NCBI RefSeq assembly: GCF_964355755.1
Contig: NC_092675.1
Location: forward strand, 1,917,812 to 1,981,811
From: Antedon mediterranea
Taxonomy: Eukaryota; Animalia; Echinodermata
DNA: 64,000 nucleotides
Direction: 5' to 3'
Under the pieces are notes generated by a model. That model had not been told where the DNA came from, ran no database searches, and saw only the letters and a program-made list of their open reading frames with translations. Numbering within the stretch: the first letter of the stretch is position 1; the number at the start of each line of letters is the position of its first letter. The position numbers and the translations under genes were made by a program. Below, one piece after another: positions 11,801-24,100 of the stretch.

Positions 11801-14800
11801 CCATTTCTTGTGTTTCTGTAAACCGCCATACATTGGAAAAATGTGCCATCGGATCGGTGAGTATCGGCGCTAATAATTCTAAGCTACGTCCACGTATTTT
11901 TTTCGCCGTTTTAACAGCACAGAAGACGATGCAAACACTAAATAAAAACGTTATCTTTTATAGATTTTTGTGCATCTCGCCCTTGTAAAAATGGTGGTAT
12001 GTGCAGACAGATAGGAAACAATTACTCATGTAAATGTCACAAACAATACACTGGAACTCACTGCGAACACAAAGGTATGTTTATGCAAATCTATGCTATA
12101 GATTACGGGCAAACATTGTTATCGGTTTAAAGTACTTTTGTGGTTTGTAAAATGTAACAGGATTAATGTTCAGACGTTTCCAAAGTCAAATAAAAAAAAA
12201 CAAGGTTTAGAAATAATGTTTCGAATTAAAAAAATATCTTTTAGTTACGGGTATCCATTGTTTTTATTTTAACATAAATATACACAAATTATGTGCTCAA
12301 TCTTTTATTTGTATGTTTTGTTATAATTTAATTTATATAGATCCGTGTCTTCCGAATCTCTGTCAAAACGAGGCCATATGTTTATCTGAAAGTGGATCAT
12401 TTCAATGTCAATGCCAAGAAGGATATCTCGGTGAATTCTGCGAAACAGAAAGTAATATTAAGTATTTGTATATATTTCACTTTATCTTTGATATGATCTT
12501 CAAAAACACTATTATGATAGTTAGATACGTGCGTCGATCGGCACGTTTTCACACATGGTATGCTAATTTATTTATTACTATGCTAATTAAGCATTATGTA
12601 ATATATTTCAAAATGTTTTGTTTATAGACCCATGTTTGCCGAACCCATGCAGTAACAATGGACATTGCCATATTACTGGTCAGAGTTTCTCATGTGAATG
12701 TACAATGCCGTATACGGGACAGTTATGTGAAGGTATTGTGGACTTGAGAAACATATATTTAATGTAATAATACGAAATATTCTAATAAATATTATGTAAT
12801 CAGTAATGGTAAAACATTACATTAAATAAATTTAGTATGTTACGAAAACTGGTGGCTTATTGAACAGGCATTTAGACAAACCAAATAGGCGCTGTATATC
12901 ATTATACTTCTTCGTAGACGAAAGGAAACGTAATTTATGCAAAGATAAATCTGCGCATGCGTATTAATTCCAGCATAAACAGAGTAGTACACTGTTCAGT
13001 TTATACCGGACAGCATTTGTTCGATTTAATGTTCGTCTACGAAACGAAAGCTCACAACTACTCAGCGGAAATGACGTTTATTTTGTTGTATTAACTTTTC
13101 GAAAATCATTTTGAGTATTATTACATTACATTGTTTAGTAATCGCTGATTTTCAAATGTTTATGTTGCCGAATCAATGTCTTAGTGACCCATGTCAAAAT
13201 AAAGGAGTTTGTACGGCAGCTATAGAGGGCGATGTACACTGCCACTGTTATCCGGAATACAAAGGCATCTTCTGTGAACATCCAGGTACGCTATCATTAT
13301 ATTATAGGCCTACTATATTTTTGTTATGGATATTTGACAGTTGTACTGAAGATAAGACAAAATACAAAAAAATAAAATAAATTAAGTAGGCCTGCGTAGG
13401 CTAATAACACAGTTAAGTTAATTTATTCAGCTAACCTATTAAGGAAATTAATTCTAATGTAGTCTACATTTCCACCTACTGTATCTAGATATATCCAGTA
13501 TCATTGGAATATTTATATATTATATATTTCACATGTTTTCTCTGGTATCACTCACATACCAAAACCCAATCCTTAATCTAACCTTAGATACAGGCACCAT
13601 TTCGATTCTAATGATACAGTATTACCAATGTTTTCTTATTGAAAATATTGTAGCATGTGGAGATACATCACTGAGAATCGGGTACATTTCAGTACGGTAG
13701 TTACGTATATAAATATGGAGTTTACTTGCATATAAACAGCTCAATATTTAATGTAGAATATTGCAGGTTTAACATAGCATTTCTTCCTTGTCAACTATTA
13801 CGCTTACGCTATGAATTAGAGGGAGTATTTAGTTTAATAATTATATGCTGGTTTTTTATATGTATTTTTTTTTTATTTTACCAGCTGAATATCCAGCAAA
13901 GATTGGATCAAAGCTTACTGATCTGTTGTTTTGGAGCAAGATCGACGTGGCAAACATGATGAGCAGTTCTACATTTTTTGCTCCAATAGATAGCGTTTTG
14001 TCGGTAAATAATGATATCGGACTGTACTCTATTTTGTTTTGAAACAGTATAATTTAGATGAATGTAGAAAAAAATACAACTATTCAATAGCTGTCTTCTG
14101 TTATTTCTTTATTCACTAGATTAATAGTAAAATAATGTCCTATTGCTGTTTGTAAATGGGTGGATCTTTTATGGAAAATGTTTTTTCTCATTGAGCTGCT
14201 GGGCCTGTAGTCATCATAGTTATTTTTTGTGTAATATATCACAATTACTTTTCCAAAAAATGTCTTTTCTCAGGATATTCATACAGATTATTTATCAAAT
14301 AAAGAAACTGATGAAAGCGATCTGTCTGAATTTATACTGCGACATACAGTGTCAGGATATAGGTTTTTAAAAGAGGATATCGTTGACAAAGATGAAAGGA
14401 TTATTCTGCTGCAAAACAATAAAGGAAAATCGCCCACTTTACCGCTACAAAAGGTATAATAATTGATTGGCATTATCCTTATTCTTGACTTTGATGATGG
14501 GTATATGTATATTTGTTGAATGTCTGTTTCCAGACAGTAATTTGAAATGTTTATTCGTTTTACAGGTAACACAACTTCAGTCACAACTTGAAAAAATATG
14601 TGGACGAGTCATCGATTCGGATGAATACAAAGGTCAAAGTTCAATATTCATCATAGACAAGGTAAGAGAAAACATGAAAGACAACAGTATAGGTACGGAC
14701 TGCGCATGATCATGTAGAGATTCAAGTGTATCATGCATGAGCACAGTATCACTAACTTCTAGAGTGGGTAGAAACCACCTTAACCGGGAAAATAATAAAT

Positions 14801-15981
14801 TTGAATGTGCCCATATTCTACCTTACCAATATTGTACCTTATTATAATATAACATTTATCATGATGTGTACATCAACGGAACATGCTGCGTGTCATCGCA
14901 TCGTGTTAAGTGATCGCAGCATACTCGACCACGATTGAAATGTGATTCGAATTATAAGCCCCTATGATGTCATCTTTTATATAAATTAATATACAAGCAC
15001 AAACATCTAAAATATATTTCTATTATAGATACTCACAATTCCATCCAAGAACATAATGGAAGTCTTGTTGACTGATGCACGCTTCACTCGCTTTTTTGAG
15101 TACGCGCAATACCTCACGCGGATTATCCAAATATTAAGCAATGCTAATGAAGAATCGCCCGTGACATTACTAGTTCCAACAAATAGTGCCATTGACGCAA
15201 TACCAGAGGAAGTTCTAGGAGACAGAAGACAAATCAGATGGATTTTAATGTATCATATTATCTTAGGTAAGTGAGATATTGATTTTGTTGCCAGGTGACA
15301 TCAAACAACACAAGCTATTTTACAGCATTTTATTTTTGTAACTACATTCAGAGAGTGATGGTATAATAATAAGGATATGGTTCGACTTTGCCACTCTGTG
15401 CCATATTAATTGTATCGTTAGGCAAGATGCGTTAATCTTATTACCTCGTCCTTTGGATGGGATGTAAAGTATTTGGTCCTATACAGTGCATGTTAAAGTT
15501 GGTACACTATCGAAAAGAGTGGGGACCGTCTCCCGATGTGCTGGTCTGGGTTGGCGCTGCACTCCGTAGCTGACTGACGTGGGTCCGTTGAGGGCCTAAC
15601 CTGAATTCCTTAGCTTCCAGTTAAGCTTGAGTAAGATATAATAAATTCATTTGCTTTTACATTATTTAAACTTCATAGAAATGTATTACCTCAAGTGGCA
15701 TGAGAGTCCCTAAATCTTTATTATGAGGTAGGCCCTAAACATTCTTGAATTGATTGACTCACTCAGGTCATGTCTGCTTCCCGCGTTCTTCGAAAGAGGA
15801 CTCGGATGAATACATTGAACTAGAGATGTACACCGAAACTCAAGATGTAGTGTTATTACAATCAATAAATGGAAATAAGTTGGTAAATGACGTCACTGTT
15901 ATTGAAAGTGACGTAGTTGCCCGTAATGGAGTAATTCACTACATAGAAAACGTACTGGATTCATCTTATGTGAAATCATGA
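8827..15981 (+). CDS. Secreted protein: signal peptide, basic Ser/Arg-rich region, 5 EGF-like domains and 2 FAS1 domains (~625 aa)
   Basis: 12 phase-consistent exons: 8827-8943 (MNLQTVFILVSCLWATVG...), 10700-11012, EGF exons 11731-11856, 11964-12074, 12341-12451, 12628-12732, 13139-13285 (all phase 1-1), FAS1 exons 13885-14003 ('STFFAPIDS'), 14274-14453, 14566-14661, 15029-15266 ('VTLLVPTNSAI','LMYHII'), 15767-15981 ('DVVARNGVIHYIENVL', TGA). The first two exons are less certain. Confidence 0.8.
11489..11612. mobile_element. MITE family A copy
   Basis: AGCTCTGTCTACACTATCAAA ... TAGTGTAGATAGAGC. Confidence 0.65.
15355..15645 (+). mobile_element. Deu/Nin-domain SINE remnant
   Basis: Core GTCCTTTGGATGGGATGTAAA...GGTCC...GCATGTTAAAG...CACTATCGAAAAGAGTGGGG...CCCGATGTGCTGG matches my recollection of the conserved Deu/Nin SINE domain. 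A B-box-like GGTTCGACT lies upstream. Confidence 0.55.
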
Positions 15982-16429
15982 TTAAACACAATGTTAATGA
16001 TGAGATAACGATGTGAAGGTTAATATGTTGGTAACATTGATGTTGGAAAAAAAATATCAAGGATAAAGAGAAGATTGATGACGATTATGATACTGTTTCT
16101 GTTTTGGCGACTACCTGAAGACGAGAGATGACGACGACGATTATGGCGGAACAATATGTCGATAATTAGAATAATGATGAAGATACACAGTATGATGATG
16201 TCAAACTGAAATGCAATTTGTATCACTGTTCATACTTTAAACAAGGTTGCTGAGACCCGGGAATTTGTAAAATCTGTGGAAACACCACACCTATGACGTC
16301 ATGCAACTAAGGCGTCGTCACTCATGACAAACGTTTGATACCCCAATAAAGTAGGGATTTATCTTCAAAATAAGTGGTTTTATTTAGTGTCATTACATCA
16401 AACACTCAAACCAATCAATGATACATTAA

Positions 16430-16588
16430 TATTATTATTACACCTTATTTATATAGGGTGACCCTAAACAGCGTATACTGGCAATCAAGGGGCCCTATTG
16501 ATGAGTCACAATGGCTATGTGTAAACTAGTACACCGGGGTAACCCCCTACTCGTCTTGAAAGATGTACATGAGCCAGATGTGTCCACT

Positions 16589-16622
<34 letters not shown>

Positions 16623-16625
16623 TTG
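16430..16625 (-). mobile_element. Second Deu/Nin-domain SINE remnant
   Basis: Minus strand reads GTCTTCTCAGATAAGGACTATAAACCGTAGGTCC...GAGTAGGGGGTTACCCCGGTGT and ends in an AT-rich (AAT)n tail. Confidence 0.5.
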
Positions 16626-16710
16626 GATGCCCATAATTACACACACATGAAACATGATCAAATAAAGCTTTTTTTAATTTAATGCACAACACGTCCAAAC
16701 ATTTGATTGA

Positions 16711-16843
16711 AGCTTGGTTTCCACTAGGACGCAACGCAAGCAAGTTGACAAATACATGCGCTAGATCTAATGGTCCTTCGCGTCGTGATTGATCCGAATC
16801 ACTGGCGTAGCGCTTAGCGTTGCATTCTAATGGGAACCAACCT
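16711..16843. mobile_element. MITE family B copy
   Basis: AGCTTGGTTTCCACTAG...TAATGGGAACCAACCT. Confidence 0.6.
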
Positions 16844-16943
16844 TAATAAGCACAATTACATTTTAATCAATATTTTTAAAGCGAGTTGTTCTATAAAATA
16901 AAAATGATATTAGATAGTTCGAATCGTTACTGTCATAATAGCT

Positions 16944-17058
16944 GCGCTAATCATTACGTCATGGCTGCACTAATCATTACGTCATGGTCGCGCTAATCAT
17001 TACGTCATGGCCGCGCTAATCATTACGTTATGGCCGCGCTAATCATTACGTCATGGCC
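16944..17058. repeat. 23-bp tandem repeat x5 (GCGCTAATCATTACGTCATGGCC)
   Basis: Direct reading. Confidence 0.9.
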
Positions 17059-17934
17059 AAAATATATTTGTGGAACCGCAATTTGATTATAACCTGTAAT
17101 AATTTTAATTTTTAAAATATTACGTTACAAAAATGAACTTTAAAACCATCGTAAAACACAACCATAAAATGAATAAAATCATGTTTATGATAATATTTCC
17201 CGGATAGTATCCGAAAATTCATAAATACATTATTTCCTGCTATTGCTATTTTTTGCTATTAATTAAAATATAATAAATTTACATTTAACTGTACAATCAA
17301 TCGTAATTGAAAAAATTAAGCTCTTTGGTTCACTGGAATATAAAATATTGATTTAAAATTAATCCATCTACTAAAAGTGTGTTAGCACAAATACCGACAC
17401 GCAGTTCAAACATTTTTATGAATATGATACCAAAATGAAAACAATAGTATGCGGTGTATCCAGAACGTAATTTACCGACTAGGTAACGTGAGCTATTGAG
17501 GCAGAAGTGGACACGGAACGTTGCCATATATCTTCCAGAATAAAGGTGCATCTGTATTTTAAAAATCGTGCCAGTATCAGCGTTGTTTTTAAAACGTGAT
17601 AATATGCATGCAATAATCTGTTTTGCAGGTTTTCATTACCATTTTGCATGAAATATACAGTCTCGAAATAGCATGTTATACAAAGGTATTGGAATCAAAA
17701 TATCAATGTTGAACCCCGCTTTTTTGGAACACCTCTATTGAGGGGAAACTTTTCTGTGAAAATATATGTTTTAACACTACACAGCCAATCTCTATTAAGG
17801 GGACACCTCTATTAAGAGGACACTTTGCTGGGTTCCGAAGATGTCCCTCACTAGGATAATAAAGTATTGTTGGGGACAAAAAATACGATTAAATCAATTG
17901 AATAGAAGGAATGATTACGATGAAGCAAACAAAC

Positions 17935-18200
17935 CAGAAGTGATACTTATAACATTCAAAAGTGATACTTATAACATTCAGAATTGATACTTATAACATT
18001 CAGAAGTGATACTTATAACATTCAGAAGTGATACTTATAACATTCAGAATTGATACTTATAACATTCAGAAGTGATACTTATAACATTCAGAAGTGATAC
18101 TTATAACATTCAGAAGTGATACTTATAACATTCAGAATTGATACTTATAACATTCAGAAGTGATACTTATAACATTCAGAAGTGATACTTATAACATTCA
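17935..18200. repeat. 22-bp minisatellite x12 (CAGAAGTGATACTTATAACATT)
   Basis: Direct reading; a CAGAAT variant recurs. Confidence 0.95.
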
Positions 18201-18523
18201 ATAATCGTCTTATACTTGTGCTTCGTACAAACACCTAATTCAGATAATGTACCAACACAAGTACACAGAATTAATCATTTTACAGATTTATGATACAGTT
18301 AAGATTGTTTCAAATTAGCACCTTATAAAATTACGATATATACCGTAAAGCACAACTAAACTTCTATTTACTTGTTCTGAAACAGGCAATAGGCCTAAAA
18401 ACAAACCAAACATTGAACGTCGTCGAGGCTTAGTTATCTACAAAAGTTAATAATTAGTCCATTAGTCCAACATAGCATGAACGAGCCCATAGTAAGTTAA
18501 CAATGTAGGTAAACATTTTCTTA

Positions 18524-18660
18524 AGCTCTGTCTACGCTATCAAACTTTATGTGGCAAACAATGTGATGTGCCCATATATGGATACGATAATGTCATAAAA
18601 CTACTACCATATTTCGCCACATCGCACTTTTTTTGTCTAACTAGTTTGATAGTGTAGACA
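18524..18660. mobile_element. MITE family A copy immediately downstream of the 490-aa ORF stop
   Basis: TTA-AGCTCTGTCTACGCTATCAAA ... TTTGATAGTGTAGACA. Confidence 0.65.
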
Positions 18661-18682
18661 TAGTATAGCCTTTGAAGGTATG

Positions 18683-20155
18683 TTACAAGAAAGGCTGATA
18701 TGTACCGGACGCGGCTGAACTGCAGCTATATAACCATTCAGTTACGCGTTTATTCTTTGTTTTATATTCCCCAGTTGGCGTGTATTTTGGTGGATCATCG
18801 AGCAAGATAACTTTAGGTTCCGATGGAATGTTCTCTACCTGTGGTTCCAGTGGTACTGGCTCCGGTTCTGGTTCTGGTTTTTCAACCGGAGTTGGTTCCA
18901 CTGGTGGTGTAATAACCTCAGGGATTATCTGTTTCTTTTTACTTTTACCTTTCTTTCCCTTTGTGTTGCCCTTCTTTCTTTTTCCTTTTGGTGACGGTGG
19001 TTTTGGCGAATCACTAGGAGACGAATTTGGAGACTTTTTACGCCCAGACGGTGACCCTCTTCCGGAACCAGGAAACGATTTAGTTTTTCCTCCAGTCGGC
19101 GAAGACTTTCTTGCCGGTGAATTTTTTCGAGATGATTTTTTTCTACCACCTATAATTTTGGTACTGGTGAGGTTTTCATTAAATGTCACAGTTTTTCCTG
19201 AAGAAGATGGTCTACTTGCAGCAGCGACTGCTGCCTCGGCAGCTGCCTTTTCTTCGGCTTGTTTTTTTAATTCTGCCTCTTTGGCAGCTCTTTCGTCCTC
19301 TTCAGCTTTCAACTTTTCTGCAATTATCCTTAGTGCCTCTTCTCGAGCTCTTTGTTTTTCTTCAGGTGTCAATGGTGGTGGTGGGGCTGGTGGTGGTTTA
19401 TCTACATATAGCTTCATCATAGTTCGATATTCGCTTTCTTTGTTTTTATCCGAGTACTTGTGTCTCAATGATAGTTTGTGGAGATTCCTCGTAGTTCCAC
19501 TTTTAATCCTATGCACATGCGCACGTATGTTTCCTGTAGATGTTTCGATTGGTCCACGTGACTTAGCAACAGCTCTTGCATCCAGACTACCATTAACGAA
19601 ATATGTATCAAACTTTTCATTATTTTGAACAATTGCAGACTTACATCTGGTTTCTTTAATATTAAGTGAAATTCTCGGGTCAAAGCAGTTTGTTTTTATC
19701 GTCCAAAGAGATTGACTCAGCTCAAACGCTGGTTGAGAAGACCAATACGAAATGCTACTTGATGGTCTAGTTTTAGCTAACGACTGATTCCGACTCTTTA
19801 GAAGAGCAGTGTCGTCTGCACTGTTATTCTTTTCGAATTCCTCTAGTGACTTTTCAAATAAACATTTACTAAGTTCTGTTTGAAACTGAGATTCCAAATC
19901 AATATTCTTTTTAAATCCAACGCTACTTGGAAATATGTTTGTTCTAGTATGCTTACCAATACACATCTGATGTGTCCATGCTTCCTTAGGCGTTCTAAAA
20001 TTGTTGTCTGAACTTGAAACTCTCGCTCTATTCGGTACTGATTTAGTAAACATAACAGGCCTGTGCCTGCGTTCAGCTAAATCTTCCTGATGAAAATTAC
20101 TATTTATGCTGCGTTTGTGATACATCTCCTTACCTTGAAGATGACAAGACAACAT
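18683..20155 (-). CDS. Uncharacterised intronless 490-aa protein: poly-Pro, Glu/Lys/Ala coiled-coil, Ser-Pro-basic region and Pro-Glu repeats
   Basis: 1.47-kb ORF in very AT-rich DNA, CAAAATG start context and protein-like low-complexity segments. No recognisable domain. Confidence 0.7.
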   Translation of the reverse strand: MLSCHLQGKEMYHKRSINSNFHQEDLAERRHRPVMFTKSVPNRARVSSSDNNFRTPKEAWTHQMCIGKHTRTNIFPSSVGFKKNIDLESQFQTELSKCLFEKSLEEFEKNNSADDTALLKSRNQSLAKTRPSSSISYWSSQPAFELSQSLWTIKTNCFDPRISLNIKETRCKSAIVQNNEKFDTYFVNGSLDARAVAKSRGPIETSTGNIRAHVHRIKSGTTRNLHKLSLRHKYSDKNKESEYRTMMKLYVDKPPPAPPPPLTPEEKQRAREEALRIIAEKLKAEEDERAAKEAELKKQAEEKAAAEAAVAAASRPSSSGKTVTFNENLTSTKIIGGRKKSSRKNSPARKSSPTGGKTKSFPGSGRGSPSGRKKSPNSSPSDSPKPPSPKGKRKKGNTKGKKGKSKKKQIIPEVITPPVEPTPVEKPEPEPEPVPLEPQVENIPSEPKVILLDDPPKYTPTGEYKTKNKRVTEWLYSCSSAASGTYQPFL

Positions 20156-20883
20156 TTTGATAATAAAAAAAGCTACCGCTATTGATTATTAAGCAACACT
20201 TTTAACGGTCCTTAATTCCTTCGCCAAGTTCAGACGTATAACGTCTGCATCAACTTTCCGCCGAATATGTAATGTCTGTATTGTCTGCGTATTACTATTA
20301 TTTACACTGACGTCATAGTAACATGAAGTGAACATGTTTTGTATAAACAAACCAGCGCATCATGTAATCTGTTAAAGTACCAAGCCAATTGGAAAAATTC
20401 AGTCAGAATCAACACGTTGTCCGGTAATACTTAGTAAGACAGAAATGTGTCAATATATTTATCAAAGTATTAGGTCAAATACACCATAAAGTAATCATCT
20501 TCTCGATAGCGAATAGATTACAAATGCCGGTATGCCAAAGTTAAAGTCAAGCAGTTCGTAGACCAAAGAGTGATTGGTATAACTGTGGATAGAGAGAAGT
20601 CAAACATATTAATCAAAATTGGTCAAAGTTAATTGTTTATAGAAATATTTTCACATCGATACAAAAATATTTGGATAAAAAATATATACTCAGTATCAAA
20701 CTCGATTTATTGATTTCATAATTACATTGCGTGTAACACGCGTGTGATGTTCGTATGCGATTATCCCCGCGTGACACAATATTCGATTTTCACCTTATTG
20801 TTCATAATAATAATACATATTTGATTGTTTATATTAAAACAAAAATGTGATGCTTTATATAATACGACGAATAAATTAAATAG

Positions 20884-21151
20884 CAATACGCCTTGGTTTA
20901 GTGTAAACTGACGACTGACAAGCAACGGTTCTTCAAGGATTTACACACAACAATATGCCTTTGTTTAGTGTAAACTGACGACTGACAAGCAACGGTTCTT
21001 CAAGGATTTACACACAACAATATGCATTGGTTTAGTGTAAACTGACGACTGACAAGCAACGGTTCTTCAAGGATTTACACACAACAATACGCATTGGTTT
21101 AGTGTAAACTGACGACTGACAAGCAACGGTTCTTCAAGGATTTACACACAA
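20884..21151. repeat. 67-bp tandem repeat x4
   Basis: Unit CAATACGCCTTGGTTTAGTGTAAACTGACGACTGACAAGCAACGGTTCTTCAAGGATTTACACACAA at 20884, 20951, 21018 and 21085. Confidence 0.95.
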
Positions 21152-24100
21152 GTTTAAATAGTATTTTGATGTGTTTTTGTTCAATAAATACCATTGACTA
21201 ATACGACGAATAAATTAAATAATAAAAGAAATAATCCATGGTTTTAAATTATTGAAACAAATCGAACGACTTTCAGAAACCAATCCTTCAAGGATTGACA
21301 CAAAATTGCCTACAGTATTTTCTTTGTTTTGTTTGTACAAATGTGCGTCTTAGAGACTACGGCAGGTGATTCTTCAAAAGGGATTTCCAATATAAAATAT
21401 TATTCAAGGAAAACACTCACATTATAATACCGATTTTGCTCAGAAATGAAGTAATGCACTGGTGTATATATCAATAATATAATTGTAGATTATTATATAG
21501 TTTATTAAGCTACGGTAGTGTTCGGTATGCACGAGTTTTCAAATCAATTCACGATCACCACAATAATGTGAAAAACTAGGCCGATTAATGTTGCTTGATT
21601 ATGGCAGATATTTAATTTTTCTTCATTTTTTTTGATGGGGTCTAATTTCCAGTTAATTATACAACAGTGGTTTGTTTGTTTGTTTGTTTGTAGTTTTTAA
21701 TCGAATAAAGTACATTAAGTAAACACAAGAATCTTACTAGGTGACATTAATTACACTGTTGTCACGTGCATTATTGAAACACATATCATTGTTAATTCAA
21801 ATACTAATGTATACGTTATGCATTTAGCAAGGCACGTACTATGACCAAGGACTTGATTAACGGTAATGATTCACAATTAGTCTATTGACTTTTTAAAGAC
21901 CCCCTCCCCCAGCTATTCATACACTTTTTTGTTCGAAGATGCATGAAGATGTTTACATTCTATTCACTGGGGATAATCGAAGTAGTCGGATTGACAGATC
22001 AATTTACTGTATAGGCCCAAGCAGAATTTGCTTGGTAGGCCTACTGCATTTAATGAGCTCTACCATGTCCAATACGCTTATTCGTTTCGGTAACATGGTT
22101 TAATTATAGAAGTAGTGCATTATAATATGTATAACAGTAGGCCTACTTATATATTAATAAATAAATAAAACACATACCGTACTGACCATGTTATTGTGTA
22201 TTGTAGGCATATATTAATCAAAATGACCTATATAACATTATAGTTGTACCAGCGTTGTACGTATATTACAATACTTGATCATGATTCTGGAGGATGTTAT
22301 CTCCCTGTGACTGTATAGGCCTAACTGACTACAGCATATATTGGCATTAGGCCTATTATGATTATTTAGGGTAACGACAACAGGGCCACTACTACCTACA
22401 AGCACACGTGGTCATGGTAACGACCAAACAACTCACCTAAGCCGCCGGTAAAACTTGTGATATCATAATAGAAGTTTTTGGTATTATATATAGACAGCTT
22501 CAAAATAAGTCATATTTCAACTCGACTCCGAGCATCAGTTATTACGATACCGGCTGAATGCCAACTGAGCAGTTGTGTAGTTACCATAAAAACATAACAG
22601 TGCTTTTGTATAACATAAATCAATGGTACTTCACACGTAAAGTGTAAAACACAAGGTCCACCCCACAATCGTTTCCTTTTATATAGCGTATTCTTATGTA
22701 ACCGGCCAAGCAGAACCGGTGCTCAGTCAGGCAGAACTCGTTCATGGGGTTCATAAAGGCATATGGAATTCATTGATCATAGACAAGATAAAAGCAAAAC
22801 GAAACCAAATATTTGATGAATACTGTGAGTTTATTTCTTTTACGTTATACCTATATTAGTGTTTGAGTGTTTTAATAATCACGGAGACATTAAGACCTTA
22901 AATAGACTAATAGATAGGCATACAGCAACATATCGTTTCGATCATTTCCAGACGACTTACGTCATAATGTAAACAATGTGTAAACAGGTGTAGCCTACAC
23001 TGCCAGTGGAATGGTGATAGTGTTGATTTTGATTTGATTCAAGGCATTATGATTAAGTACATTGTCTGTATAATAAATTTTAATCGTTAAAAGATATGCT
23101 TACATAAACAACCTTTGATGATTACGTACGGTACTGGACAGTGCATTCATCAATTGGACAATAAACAATTATATATTTTGTTGATCCAAGTTGCAGTTGT
23201 ATTTCTTTCAGATTGTGATTTATTTTGATTAGTATTTTCCTAATTTACATATCATAACTGCGACTGGCGTTACAACACAATTATTTAAAAAAAATGCACC
23301 ATTGATTTTTAAATATTTACCGAGCCATACTGAACATTCACAACAATCAATTAAGCTATCTTTACACTGTATCAACACGTAAACAAGTAAATGTTCTTGA
23401 AACAGATATTTTCACTTTATGTTTTAACAGAGATCAAAAACAAAACCATGATATCTTCAAACCGTGAACCCGGATGTAAGTTTCATAATGTTTGCGTATT
23501 ATGTCTTTCTCATTTGATTAACGTTGAAATGCACATTTGATAAGGATCATTTGTGAATTTTCAACCATAATTCATTTTACATGTTGTAAATACATATTGT
23601 AAAAAAATTAAATAAATTATGTGTTTCTGCTTCACTATTCCGGAATAATTCCTTCTCCCCGTTTTTTAAGTAGAAAATAAAAAGTGGAAAATTGCGTATA
23701 CAATGTTGCATTTCCACAATAAATGGTGGAAATAACGGAATTCAGGAATGTCTGGCAACAACATAAAATGCCAGAGATAATGTGCCCATATATGGACATG
23801 GTGAATAATATCACTACCATATTTGGGTATTTCACTACCATATTTGGGAACATCAACCCGAAAATGTACAGACCACAGTCAGAGATTTATTCAGCGATCT
23901 TTTGCTGCAGAATCAGAGCATAAAATAGAAATTCTGGAAAAAAATCGAAAAAATTAAAGCGAAAAACTCTTACCTGATAAAACCGTAATTTTTAAGAAAA
24001 ATGTTCAGTTTAATTTAACTTTTTATAAGCGAAATTTTGTTTAAAAAATCAATTGTAAATCATTTGGCTAAAAAACATTGTATTCACGTGCGTATCTCGT

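Noticed and set aside
13588-13830. Possible extra small exons in the EGF-FAS1 gene (e.g. MWRYITENRVHFST)
   Set aside because: Phases are incompatible or the introns implausibly short. 13285 splices in frame to 13885, matching the paralog's structure.
16020-16226. 68-aa hydrophobic ORF over a GAT/GAC-rich stretch
   Set aside because: Low-complexity sequence just past the stop codon, probably 3' UTR; no splice or domain support.
18780-19628. 282-aa + strand ORF overlapping the 490-aa gene
   Set aside because: Antisense shadow of a low-complexity Pro/Lys/Glu coding region; non-ATG start.
20884-21151. CRISPR-like appearance of the 67-bp repeat (also the 22- and 51-bp arrays)
   Set aside because: Head-to-tail units without unique spacers, no cas genes, and eukaryotic context.
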